A stretch of DNA of 26,955 bases from a virus (IMGVR_UViG_3300013104_000003:1-26955), one strand, 5' to 3'; shown: positions 13,856-22,538, numbered from the stretch's first letter. Translations and numbers: made by a program. Notes: a model not told the origin generated them from the letters alone.

Positions 13856-14644
13856 ATGGGCGCATCAACTAGGGGTTTCATTGAAGTAATTGATGGAGTT
13901 GAAGTATTGCAGCCGAGGAAGAAAACTCGCCGCACTCGACTGGGCGGGAAACCTGAGCCCACTCCACGACAACAAGAAGAGCGGGAACACGTGCAAAAAC
14001 TTGCACCACTGAAACCGATGAATGAAAAGCAGGCTGAGTACATCCGACTACTAAATGAAAAGGATATGGTCATCGCAACAGGTTTACCGGGAACATCGAA
14101 GACCTTTATCCCAACAATGATGGCCTGTGATCTCTTTCGGTTGAACAAGATTGATCGTATTATCTTTAGTCGGCCTAACATTTCCAACAGTAAATCTCTT
14201 GGCATGTTTAAAGGTTCTGCTGAAGAGAAGATGTCTCAATGGCTTGCACCGGTTCTTTCGATCCTTCACGAGCGTATCGGTGTTGCTGCACTTGAGATTG
14301 CACTTAAACATGGACAAATCGTTTTTCTTCCTTTGGAAACAATTAAGGGTTTCAGCGCAGAGAATTGCTGGTTTATTGTGGACGAGGCCGAAGACATTTC
14401 ACGAGAAGAGGCTAAAAAGCTGGTGACACGTCAGGGGAAGAACTGCAAGCTCATTCTCGCAGGTGATGTGGGACAGAGTGAGTTGAATGAAAAAAGTGGA
14501 CTTAAGCATTTGAGTGATATGGTAGAACGTCATGCTCATTTGGATGTTGGGTTTGTAGATTTCGATAATATTAATGATATCGTTCGAAGCAAACAGTGCA
14601 AGGACTGGATTATTGCTTACCGTAAAGAGGACAAAGGAGAATAA
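13856..14644 (+). CDS. phoH: PhoH-like ATPase
   Basis: ATGLPGTSKT Walker A, RIIFSRP, GFSAENCWFIVDEAED, KLILAGDVGQSEL, DIVRS. Confidence 0.92.
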   Translation: MGASTRGFIEVIDGVEVLQPRKKTRRTRLGGKPEPTPRQQEEREHVQKLAPLKPMNEKQAEYIRLLNEKDMVIATGLPGTSKTFIPTMMACDLFRLNKIDRIIFSRPNISNSKSLGMFKGSAEEKMSQWLAPVLSILHERIGVAALEIALKHGQIVFLPLETIKGFSAENCWFIVDEAEDISREEAKKLVTRQGKNCKLILAGDVGQSELNEKSGLKHLSDMVERHAHLDVGFVDFDNINDIVRSKQCKDWIIAYRKEDKGE

Positions 14645-14645
14645 T

Positions 14646-15488
14646 TTGGCTAGACGTAAATTTACACCCATTGAGGGCCAGCTATATGGACACTTGACTT
14701 ATTTAGCAGAGACAGACCGTATTGTCCGTCCTAGTAAAACCTTAGTCGCTGGTTTATTTAAATGCATCTGTGGAACAGAAGTTAAAAAGGCTGTAAAAGA
14801 AGTATTGGAAGGTAGTATCACATCTTGTGGATGCATGAAAGGTAAGTGGTCTGTAAAAGACATCACAGGTCAGAAGTTTGGAAGACTAACAGCTATTGAA
14901 AGTACAGGAACACTTAAAAATGGAGCCTATGTATGGACTTGCCAGTGCGACTGTGGTAACTATAAAGATGTTGTAATAGGTGCGCTATGTTATGGTGAAA
15001 TTCAGTCTTGCGGCTGTTTAAAAACTGATACTATCACAAAGCACGGTATGACAAAAACTCCCGCATGGCGAGCATGGGATAATATGATCAGCAGACTTAA
15101 GGACGAACGAGCTAAAGAGTGGTATTGGGATGTTACTGCTGATCCTAGTTGGCTTGAACCTAATGGGCAAGGCTTTATAAATTTCTACAAGGACATGGGA
15201 GATCCGCCAGAAGGTCACACACTTAATAGGGTTCACGGGGCAAAAATATACTCCAAAGAGACCTGTGAGTGGGCAAGTCTAAGTATGCAATCTTTTGATC
15301 AAAAGAAAAGCAAGGTAAATACTTCAGGTAGGACGGGGGTATATTTTGATAAAAGTGGCAATAAATGGGTTGCGGTAATTAAACAAAACAGAGTAACTAC
15401 TCAGGTATATCGAGGAACTTCCTTTGAAGAGGCATGTGAAGCACGAACAGCAGCAGAAATTGAATACTATGGGTTTTCGAAGGAGTAG
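14646..15488 (+). CDS. AP2-domain homing-endonuclease-like protein with tandem CxCG...SCGC Zn motifs
   Basis: TTG start after AAGGAG; DITGQKFGRLT..CQCDCG..SCGC; degenerate HNH-like TLNRVH..YSKETCEW; C-terminal NTSGRTGV..KW.A.I..FEEACEAR AP2 domain. Confidence 0.8.
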   Translation: MARRKFTPIEGQLYGHLTYLAETDRIVRPSKTLVAGLFKCICGTEVKKAVKEVLEGSITSCGCMKGKWSVKDITGQKFGRLTAIESTGTLKNGAYVWTCQCDCGNYKDVVIGALCYGEIQSCGCLKTDTITKHGMTKTPAWRAWDNMISRLKDERAKEWYWDVTADPSWLEPNGQGFINFYKDMGDPPEGHTLNRVHGAKIYSKETCEWASLSMQSFDQKKSKVNTSGRTGVYFDKSGNKWVAVIKQNRVTTQVYRGTSFEEACEARTAAEIEYYGFSKE

Positions 15489-15492
15489 TGAT

Positions 15493-16275
15493 ATGAATGA
15501 CATGACAATGATCGGTAAACCAAGCCAAGTTATCTCCAAAACTTTGGTTATGAACGAGTATAATCTTTACCTGCACAACGAGATTTCCCACAATGCTGAT
15601 GAATACTTGGAACACTTTGCAGTTTATCATTCAGCCGGACCAGATGATTTAATCCGGCTATGGATACAAAGTCCGGGTGGGTCTGTCTCTGTAGGCCATC
15701 AATATATTCAACACATGCAACGTTGTCCCGCAACTATTGTCGCTGTAATTGGTATGGGGACAGCAAGCGAAGGGACAGCAATCTGTCTTGCTGCTGATGA
15801 CTGGGAAGTTGATGAGATGTCTACATTCCTAGTCCACGGTTTTAGTTATGGTACGTACGGACACGAAGCTCAAGTTTATAACACGGCAACATTCAACAAG
15901 AAACTCAATGAACGTTCTCTGCGTAATACGTATAGCGGCTTCTTGACTGAAGAAGAAATCCTTGAAGCACTAAAAGGTGTTGACTTGTTGTTTGATGGTG
16001 AAGAGCTTCTTGAACGTCTTCAGAATTTTAAAGAGTACCGCGAAAACCAACCTTGTAATTGTGGTGATAGTCAATGCCCTAAGAACCTACAATTGCTTCA
16101 GCAAGGTGTCTTTGAAGATGAAGAAGACTTTCCTGAGCTTCAAACTCTTGAAGATATGATTAAAGACGCTGTAGCAGAAGGTATTGCACAATATGAGAAG
16201 AAACGTGTAGCTGCTGAAAAGAAAGCTTCTCGACCAAAGAAATCTACCCCAGTTGTTGCAAAGTCTGAAGAATAA
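15493..16275 (+). CDS. clpP: ClpP-like serine protease subunit
   Basis: Start re-called at ATG 15493 (AGGAG); WIQSPGGSV, GMGTASEG (Ser), FLVHG (His), DLLFDGEE (Asp). Confidence 0.8.
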   Translation: MNDMTMIGKPSQVISKTLVMNEYNLYLHNEISHNADEYLEHFAVYHSAGPDDLIRLWIQSPGGSVSVGHQYIQHMQRCPATIVAVIGMGTASEGTAICLAADDWEVDEMSTFLVHGFSYGTYGHEAQVYNTATFNKKLNERSLRNTYSGFLTEEEILEALKGVDLLFDGEELLERLQNFKEYRENQPCNCGDSQCPKNLQLLQQGVFEDEEDFPELQTLEDMIKDAVAEGIAQYEKKRVAAEKKASRPKKSTPVVAKSEE

Positions 16276-16316
16276 CATTAGAATTGCCAAGGAAGGCATT
16301 ATTCAGGAGAGAACTT

Positions 16317-16601
16317 GTGAGTAAGAAAGAAATTGAAGTGATTGTGGTCTCCTATCAAGATTATATAGGTTATGACTTTGTTGATCCCGGTACGTACTTT
16401 TCGGTTTCAGCTATCCAAGAATATTATTTCTATAAAACTTCAGATCGTAAACTTGCCCAAGAAAAATGCGATGAAATATTTGGACCTAATCGTTACGTGG
16501 TGAAGACATCAAAGACTATTAAAACAAAATCTAGACTTGAGTCGGGTGGACAATCGGTGTATGCTACTGCTACACGAAAAGGTCAGAAGAAGTACAATTA
16601 G
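16317..16601 (+). CDS. Hypothetical protein
   Basis: Start re-called at GTG 16317 (AGGAG RBS). Confidence 0.7.
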   Translation: MSKKEIEVIVVSYQDYIGYDFVDPGTYFSVSAIQEYYFYKTSDRKLAQEKCDEIFGPNRYVVKTSKTIKTKSRLESGGQSVYATATRKGQKKYN

Positions 16602-16609
16602 GAGAGAAA

Positions 16610-16990
16610 ATGACAATCAAATCTGTAGAATTTGTATTTGAAAACTGTGAAACTGTAAATGTTCCAATTGAGTATGTAGAGAATTTCAGTCTAGGGGATG
16701 TGTGTAAAACTATTACTTTCTCAGGTGGCTCCACAAAAGAAAGTGAGAGCGTAACTAGGTATTATTTTGTAATTTCCAAATCTTTTAAAGACAGTGGTTG
16801 TGAAACTTATTTTGGTGATAACGGTTATGAACGTCTAAAGAAACATATGGACATCTGTTGGATTTATATCCATAATCAAGATGGTTCACAAGAAGAATAT
16901 GGTGTCCTCTGGAAAGATGAAGATATGTACACTAATCACGGACAAAGCTTTGAAGAGTTTGACGACTCTCTTTTGATTGAGGTGAAATAA
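16610..16990 (+). CDS. Hypothetical protein
   Basis: AGGAG RBS; 126 aa. Confidence 0.75.
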   Translation: MTIKSVEFVFENCETVNVPIEYVENFSLGDVCKTITFSGGSTKESESVTRYYFVISKSFKDSGCETYFGDNGYERLKKHMDICWIYIHNQDGSQEEYGVLWKDEDMYTNHGQSFEEFDDSLLIEVK

Positions 16991-17137
16991 ATGAACAACA
17001 TCGAATGGTCTTTTTCAGACTTCCTAGACATTTCCCCTGCTGAGAATTATCAACTCAGTCAGCTTATGGATGCTTGGACTAATGATGATAGTGATGGGGA
17101 TTATAGTGACTATTTTTCGATTGGAGTCGAGGAATGA
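16991..17137 (+). CDS. Small, very acidic protein (48 aa)
   Basis: GAGG RBS; MNNIEWSFSDFLDISPAENYQLSQLMDAWTNDDSDGDYSDYFSIGVEE; ATGA overlap with the next gene. Confidence 0.65.
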   Translation: MNNIEWSFSDFLDISPAENYQLSQLMDAWTNDDSDGDYSDYFSIGVEE

Positions 17138-17382
17138 TTGTACTTTATTGGTATCTGATAGTTGGTATCATGCTCGGATGTGTTATCACTTATGTGCTTG
17201 TAGACAAACTTGGTTTTGAATATCTATTTGAGGATTATAAGTATTCAAGTAAAGATGATGAGTTTAAACTAGATTTATCTTTTAACACATTCAAGACTAT
17301 CGTTACATTGCTGATTCCTTTGGTTGTTGCTTTCACATGGCCTTATTTTATGTATCTGACTGCTAGGAAATATTTTAAATGA
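17134..17382 (+). CDS. Small membrane protein (2 TM, WP motif)
   Basis: Two hydrophobic stretches; AFTWPY. Confidence 0.75.
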   Translation: MIVLYWYLIVGIMLGCVITYVLVDKLGFEYLFEDYKYSSKDDEFKLDLSFNTFKTIVTLLIPLVVAFTWPYFMYLTARKYFK

Positions 17383-17912
17383 TTGTAAATGGACAAACAC
17401 TCTTTGAGATGGCACCAATCAAAGATATGGAGAGTGTAAAGAAGACAGGACATGGTGTTTCATATGGTATGAGTGAGGCGGGTTACGATATTCGTTTGAA
17501 GCAAAATGTGGTATTTAGTAAATCTGGTGATCACGGTGAAATGTGGGTAACTGTAACTACTGAAGATGAAGGTGCGTATGAGGGCGTGTTCTTTCATCAA
17601 CTTGAGCAAGGCAGGTTTGCACTAGCATCAGCAATTGAAGAATTTGATATGCCAGATGATTTGATTGGTATCGTACACGACAAGTCAACATGGGCACGTA
17701 GAGGTTTGTCAGTATTTAATACCGTTATCGAAAGTGGATGGAAAGGTTACTTGACCCTCGAACTTGTCTATCACGGAAACGAAGATTTGATTATTCCTGC
17801 TGATACTGGTATTGCCCAAGTGGTGTTTCATAAGACATCTTGTAAATCCGTATACACCGGAAAGTACAACCACCAAGCAGATAAACCAGTATCAGCAATT
17901 GAAAGTAAATAG
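17379..17912 (+). CDS. dcd: dCTP deaminase / dUTPase-family protein
   Basis: SEAGYDIRL, FALASAIEEFDMP, HDKSTWARRGL, TVIESGWKGYLTLEL, IAQVVF, Y.GKY..Q. Confidence 0.9.
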   Translation: MIVNGQTLFEMAPIKDMESVKKTGHGVSYGMSEAGYDIRLKQNVVFSKSGDHGEMWVTVTTEDEGAYEGVFFHQLEQGRFALASAIEEFDMPDDLIGIVHDKSTWARRGLSVFNTVIESGWKGYLTLELVYHGNEDLIIPADTGIAQVVFHKTSCKSVYTGKYNHQADKPVSAIESK

Positions 17913-17921
17913 GATAATAAA

Positions 17922-18320
17922 ATGAAATTTATTAAATCAGCACCAGATGGTGGTAAGCATTCAGGCGTCAAAGCATATTTTCTAATTGAATGGAAAAATG
18001 TCTTCTCAATCGCACTCCTAAAATTTAACAAAGGTAGTCGCGAGGCCTTCCATTCTCATGCATTCAATGCCTGGACTTGGTGGATCAAGGGCGAGGTTAC
18101 TGAAGTGCTATATCCAAGTATGGAGAAATTGACTTGGAAACCTAGCTTCAAAGTTAAGAAGACGCCTAAAAACAATACGCATAAGATTCTTGCAAAAGAA
18201 ACTAGTTGGGCACTCACCATTCGCGGTCCTTGGGATAAGGAATGGTACGAAGTTAAGAATAATGTCAAGACAACCCTTACACATGGCCGTGAAGTTGTAA
18301 GCACAGAAGCTATCAAATAA
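17922..18320 (+). CDS. Cupin-fold protein
   Basis: EAFHSHAF..W..KG.V.E ... HKI ... WALTIRGP pattern. Confidence 0.65.
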   Translation: MKFIKSAPDGGKHSGVKAYFLIEWKNVFSIALLKFNKGSREAFHSHAFNAWTWWIKGEVTEVLYPSMEKLTWKPSFKVKKTPKNNTHKILAKETSWALTIRGPWDKEWYEVKNNVKTTLTHGREVVSTEAIK

Positions 18321-18349
18321 TGATTTACAATAGGTAAAAACAATTATAC

Positions 18350-18401
18350 AAGGCTATCACTTCAGACTATCATTAGCTCTAGGTGATAGCCTTTCTTTTT
18401 T
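18350..18401 (+). terminator. Long hairpin plus U-tract (terminator or attenuator)
   Basis: AAGGCTATCAC/GTGATAGCCTT 11-bp perfect inverted repeat followed by TCTTTTTT, about 20 nt before the next RBS/start. Confidence 0.6.
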
Positions 18402-18423
18402 GCTTAAATTTAGGAGAAACAAA

Positions 18424-18915
18424 ATGACTGACACAAACGAAGCTATTCAACACGGTTGGCTAGTAGAAACTAAATCTATCCAGTGGCGTTCACTAATAGA
18501 ATTCGCCCAAACACTTCACTACGAATATGACTACGTCAATAACTTCTTCTTTGCTGAATATACTAAAGATATTCTGTTCAAAGGTTGCGAAATTATTAGT
18601 CTGAACAAGATGTCTTGGCTCCACAACACCTCTTGGGTACACAGCAGCCGTAAAGAAAATCATCTATTCCCATGGCCCAGAGGTGTGCACACATGTTCTG
18701 TAGGAAATCCTTTGAAACTAGACTCCAGTTCTCCATTCCATGTGGATGTTTATACTCTGAATAAGGCTCAAAGTTCTAAGATTGTAGATCAGGTCTATCT
18801 TAATGGCGGCAAATCGGGGATCTCTTGTTATCGTCAGCAGATCAAATTTACAGATCCACAGTATGAGCAGCTATTCCTATTCCAGTTGATGGCCAAGGAT
18901 TGGTACACAAAATGA
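18424..18915 (+). CDS. Hypothetical protein
   Basis: Start re-called at ATG 18424 (AGGAG RBS); 163 aa. Confidence 0.7.
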   Translation: MTDTNEAIQHGWLVETKSIQWRSLIEFAQTLHYEYDYVNNFFFAEYTKDILFKGCEIISLNKMSWLHNTSWVHSSRKENHLFPWPRGVHTCSVGNPLKLDSSSPFHVDVYTLNKAQSSKIVDQVYLNGGKSGISCYRQQIKFTDPQYEQLFLFQLMAKDWYTK

Positions 18916-19094
18916 CACGAAGCGAAATAATCAAAGACCTGAAAAGCATCAAAGGAAATCTAACCAAGGCTCTTGATAGAGCAAATAAGTTAGCCACAGA
19001 GCTTGAAATTCCTATGCATCATGAGCTAGAATCTATCGTACAAGAAGTGGAAAAGCTTCTGGAAATATCTAAAACAGTTAAGAAGGGGAAGTGA
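18912..19094 (+). CDS. Hypothetical coiled-coil protein
   Basis: ATGA overlap; start re-called at 18912. Confidence 0.65.
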   Translation: MTRSEIIKDLKSIKGNLTKALDRANKLATELEIPMHHELESIVQEVEKLLEISKTVKKGK

Positions 19095-19095
19095 G

Positions 19096-19341
19096 ATGAT
19101 TGGTGAAGGTATCGCTAATGCTAATGTCATAGCATTTATAGGTTGGACAGTTTTGACAGTTATTGTGACATGTTCTATGACTGAATACACAATTAATTCA
19201 GAAGAAACATCCAAACTGCTGGATGAAGTTTGTGCAAAGAACAATGGTATTAATACAACTAAAATTGTTATTGATGCTTGGAAGTTCAAGTGTAAAGACG
19301 GTGCAGTCTTTGTAATTGATCGTGAAGGGGGTTCGAAATGA
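19096..19341 (+). CDS. Membrane-anchored hypothetical protein
   Basis: N-terminal hydrophobic segment; C..NNG...FKCKDGAVF Cys pair. Confidence 0.7.
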   Translation: MIGEGIANANVIAFIGWTVLTVIVTCSMTEYTINSEETSKLLDEVCAKNNGINTTKIVIDAWKFKCKDGAVFVIDREGGSK

Positions 19342-19571
19342 ACCATGAATCACAACTCAAAGCTCTACAACAAATCCTAGACACTCTGCACGTCGCATCA
19401 TCTAGGCAAACAGATATTGACTTCAAGAAGGATGGAAATAAGCATTTCACAACAGCAATTCAGAACACAAAGAAGCTTATGAATGTTGTTGAAGAGAATA
19501 TTATCTACGAAAATGATTTGTCTGATATGTTTGCAGGATGTGCAAGTCTTAGTTTAAACAATATGGACTAA
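19338..19571 (+). CDS. Hypothetical protein
   Basis: ATGA overlap, GGGG RBS. Confidence 0.7.
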   Translation: MNHESQLKALQQILDTLHVASSRQTDIDFKKDGNKHFTTAIQNTKKLMNVVEENIIYENDLSDMFAGCASLSLNNMD

Positions 19572-19582
19572 AGAGGTGTAAA

Positions 19583-19786
19583 ATGCCTAAGAAAGATAAA
19601 GAGCTTCCACTCCTGCCAAGCACTGTTAAGGAGTGGAAGGAGAAAGTGACAAAGCTTCAACAAGAAAAGGATCAGCTATATGCAAGCGTTCTTCGAAGAG
19701 TTAATGGAATTATTGTTCGATCTAATGATTTGACAGAAGAACAAAAGAGTAGCCTCCTTTCCCAAATCTGGAGTGAACAAACATGA
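19583..19786 (+). CDS. Hypothetical protein
   Basis: GAGG RBS. Confidence 0.7.
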   Translation: MPKKDKELPLLPSTVKEWKEKVTKLQQEKDQLYASVLRRVNGIIVRSNDLTEEQKSSLLSQIWSEQT

Positions 19787-20028
19787 GTTGGGAAATTAAA
19801 AGCATACACAAAGTGACAAATGGTCTTCAAAATAGGTTCCAAATTACCCACGAACAGCTAGACTTCTTTAGTGAAGAGTTTCAGAAGGGTCTAGGTGAGG
19901 TCGATTGCGAACAAGCTAGTATTGAGTTTGCAGATGATCTATTGAGTGCCATCGGTGACCATTTAAGTAGACGCAATCTGGAAGATATTATTTGTGTTTG
20001 TAAGTATAGGCTGGAGAATTGGTGGTGA
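19783..20028 (+). CDS. Hypothetical protein
   Basis: GGAG RBS, ATGA overlap. Confidence 0.7.
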   Translation: MSWEIKSIHKVTNGLQNRFQITHEQLDFFSEEFQKGLGEVDCEQASIEFADDLLSAIGDHLSRRNLEDIICVCKYRLENWW

Positions 20029-20102
20029 TGGAATACTATCTAATAGGTTTAATCATCCGGTGGATACTTGTCATCATTGTTTGCTCATATTACGAGGATT
20101 AG
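20028..20102 (+). CDS. Tiny hydrophobic peptide (24 aa)
   Basis: TGATG overlap; MEYYLIGLIIRWILVIIVCSYYED. Confidence 0.45.
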   Translation: MEYYLIGLIIRWILVIIVCSYYED

Positions 20103-20106
20103 ATAC

Positions 20107-20283
20107 ATGATTCCTTTCATTTTATACTGCATATTTGGCCTTATCACCTCATATGCAACAGCAATTGTCACACATATCAATAAACAACCTGTAAAACTTG
20201 ATGAAGTGGTGGTTCAAGGATTTTTCTGGCCGTACACAATTATCGGAACACTCGTTTTCCTGATCAAAGAGGGAAAGAAATGA
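20107..20283 (+). CDS. Small membrane protein (WP motif)
   Basis: Start re-called at ATG 20107 (GAGG RBS); GFFWPYTII. Confidence 0.7.
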   Translation: MIPFILYCIFGLITSYATAIVTHINKQPVKLDEVVVQGFFWPYTIIGTLVFLIKEGKK

Positions 20284-20378
20284 TTATTCAATTTATGATA
20301 ATTGGTGTTATCTACGTTCTTACCGTAGGTTTGATTTCAATTGGCGGCTACAACACAACTTCAGGAGTAGAATGGTGA
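20280..20378 (+). CDS. Tiny membrane peptide (32 aa)
   Basis: ATGA overlap; MIIQFMIIGVIYVLTVGLISIGGYNTTSGVEW. Confidence 0.5.
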   Translation: MIIQFMIIGVIYVLTVGLISIGGYNTTSGVEW

Positions 20379-20518
20379 ATATTGATAAAGAGCTTATCCT
20401 TAAGCAATATCTTGAATGGGTGGATCAAGTGTCTGATGACTTGGAAGATAAAACATATTTCACACCAGAAGAGATTGTTTATAAAATAATTGATTTGATA
20501 GAATTAAGTCAAAGTTAG
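20372..20518 (+). CDS. Hypothetical protein (48 aa)
   Basis: AGGAG RBS; MVNIDKELILKQYLEWVDQVSDDLEDKTYFTPEEIVYKIIDLIELSQS. Confidence 0.65.
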   Translation: MVNIDKELILKQYLEWVDQVSDDLEDKTYFTPEEIVYKIIDLIELSQS

Positions 20519-20535
20519 TTCTAGGAGCGTGACAC

Positions 20536-20790
20536 ATGAATATCTTGAAAATAGTTTTGATATCCGCATTGCTGACAGGTTGTGCTGTGAATCACACACA
20601 GCAACCAAAGTATTTAGACACAAAACATGCTCAGTGGAAGGCTGAAATATTGCAAAAATGCTTTGACAAGGCTCATGAATTGACATATCTTGTATATCAG
20701 GATAATAAATTCTTGGATGTTGAGCAGCTTACATGGATTGAGAAACGTTTTCAGGATAAATGTGTTGTACAGAATAATTTAGCGATTTAG
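20536..20790 (+). CDS. Lipoprotein
   Basis: Signal peptide MNILKIVLISALLTG-C with LTGC lipobox; AGGAG RBS. Confidence 0.75.
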   Translation: MNILKIVLISALLTGCAVNHTQQPKYLDTKHAQWKAEILQKCFDKAHELTYLVYQDNKFLDVEQLTWIEKRFQDKCVVQNNLAI

Positions 20791-20799
20791 GAGGGGAAC

Positions 20800-21081
20800 A
20801 TGAGATGCCTTTGTGGATATGTCGAGCCTGAAGCTTGGAAGGAACAATTAGAAATATTGTTTAAATCCGGCCCCAGAAAAGGTGAAGTAAAAGAAGTTAA
20901 GACAATTACACATACGCCTAAAGATGATGAATTGTTTATCTTACTGCGGGTTGAAAGAGATTTTGGCTTTGTTCGGATAGATAAAGCTCCTTTGTGGAGC
21001 TACGAAAGTAAAGTTGAAAATCATGCAAGATTGTTGGCTTGCCCTAAATGCGGGACAGTTAAAATGGAGACATATCAATGA
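20800..21081 (+). CDS. Zn-ribbon hypothetical protein
   Basis: N-terminal CLCG and C-terminal CPKCG. Confidence 0.7.
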   Translation: MRCLCGYVEPEAWKEQLEILFKSGPRKGEVKEVKTITHTPKDDELFILLRVERDFGFVRIDKAPLWSYESKVENHARLLACPKCGTVKMETYQ

Positions 21082-21260
21082 AAGTATTTCTTTTATATGA
21101 ACATGCAACTACAGGACCATTCCAGTCTTACCCAACTTCTACACTTGTAGATATCTTTACAGACTGGAACAAAGGTGAGTCGGCTCGTGTTGGGATGAAT
21201 TGCAGTAAAGAGCATGCTTGGATCGAATATGAACTAGTAGAATGGGATGTACGGGAATGA
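21078..21260 (+). CDS. Hypothetical protein
   Basis: GGAG RBS, ATGA overlaps. Confidence 0.7.
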   Translation: MKVFLLYEHATTGPFQSYPTSTLVDIFTDWNKGESARVGMNCSKEHAWIEYELVEWDVRE

Positions 21261-22003
21261 GCTTTAAAACAAAACTAATAGGGAGTTGTAACCACATACA
21301 ACATTTTGACTTACGAGAGCATAAAGGACGTTCATTTGTTAGTACAGACTTACACGGTCACTACCACTTGTTGCACGACAAACTAAAAGAAGTTGCATTT
21401 GATAGCAGTAAAGATTTGTTGTTCTTGGCTGGTGATCATACTGACAGACATGCTGATAGTAAATATGTTCTTGATTATTTGTGTGAACCTTGGGTGTTTG
21501 CAATCAGGGGTAATCACTGTGAAATGCTGATTAATGCATATGAAAACCCAAACAGTAGAAATGCTTTTGAAATGTTGTATTGCAATGGTGGGCAGTGGTA
21601 CTATGACATTACTCCTTCGGAACAGAAAGCAATTTATGAAGTATTTAAATCACTCCCACTAGCTTTTGAAATACAGACAAATCATGGCACTATAGGTATA
21701 GTGCATGCACAAGTTCCGTTTGATGATTGGAATCAATTTAAATCTTGCACTAAAGCTGAGATGGAATGGAACGTTCAGGCTATTTCTCAGTGGGCACGAA
21801 CAAAGTATGATAAGAAAGACACTTCAGTTGTAAAAGGTATTGATGTAGCAATCTCAGGACACACTCCCACTGATAGTGGCGAATTGGAACAATTAGGAAA
21901 TCAACTCTTTTGTGATTTAGGGTCATTTTTCAGAGAAAAAATAAGCTTTGTGGAAATAGATAGTCAATTAATAAGAGATATTAAGGAAAATAAGTATGGA
22001 TAA
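21257..22003 (+). CDS. Ser/Thr protein phosphatase (NinI-like calcineurin-type metallophosphoesterase)
   Basis: DLHG, GDHTDR, RGNH, HA and GHTP motifs; start re-called at ATG 21257. Confidence 0.88.
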   Translation: MSFKTKLIGSCNHIQHFDLREHKGRSFVSTDLHGHYHLLHDKLKEVAFDSSKDLLFLAGDHTDRHADSKYVLDYLCEPWVFAIRGNHCEMLINAYENPNSRNAFEMLYCNGGQWYYDITPSEQKAIYEVFKSLPLAFEIQTNHGTIGIVHAQVPFDDWNQFKSCTKAEMEWNVQAISQWARTKYDKKDTSVVKGIDVAISGHTPTDSGELEQLGNQLFCDLGSFFREKISFVEIDSQLIRDIKENKYG

Positions 22004-22538
22004 AAGAAGGAAGCATGGAGTGGATCCTGAAAATAATGTACCAAAGGAAGTTTTTGAAGAAAAATTGCGGTATTGTAAGAAAACAGGCAAGCTATTTTGG
22101 AAAGGTAACAGTAGAAATTCAGGAAAAGAGGCTGGAGGACTCCGGACTAATCGGACTGGAGGAGTCTACTGTGTTGTGGGTATTGGTCATGAAGGTGCTA
22201 TATACAAATTATTCGCTCATCGTATTATTTGGATGTTGACATATGACTATTGGCCAACTGAACTTGATCACATAAATGGCTTAGGTAGCGATAACAGACT
22301 AGAGAATTTAAGGGAGGTTTCCAGATCAGAAAACAACAAGAATCACCGAAGACAGTCAAATAACTCCTCTGGTATAGCCGGTGTAACCTTTATAAACAAG
22401 CGTAATATGTGGAGAGCGTATGGTAATGCTGAGGGTAGACAAATACATTTAAAAATTACATCTGATTTCTTTGAAGCTTGTTGTGCAAGAAAATCTTGGG
22501 AGTCTTTAAATGGATTCTCTTACAGACATGGTAAATAA
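21996..22538 (+). CDS. HNH endonuclease with AP2 domain
   Basis: AHRIIW...LDHING..DNRLENLR..S.SEN..N; NNSSGIAGV...W.A AP2-like C-terminus. Confidence 0.88.
   Translation: MDKRRKHGVDPENNVPKEVFEEKLRYCKKTGKLFWKGNSRNSGKEAGGLRTNRTGGVYCVVGIGHEGAIYKLFAHRIIWMLTYDYWPTELDHINGLGSDNRLENLREVSRSENNKNHRRQSNNSSGIAGVTFINKRNMWRAYGNAEGRQIHLKITSDFFEACCARKSWESLNGFSYRHGK

Noticed and set aside
7152-18393. Shared AGGCT/AGCCT stems in hairpins at 7152, 11821 and 18350
   Set aside because: Only a 5-6 nt match with differing orientation and context; consistent with chance.
21500-21530. GNHC instead of GNHE in the phosphatase
   Set aside because: All metal-binding residues are retained; a single substitution is insufficient to claim altered function.
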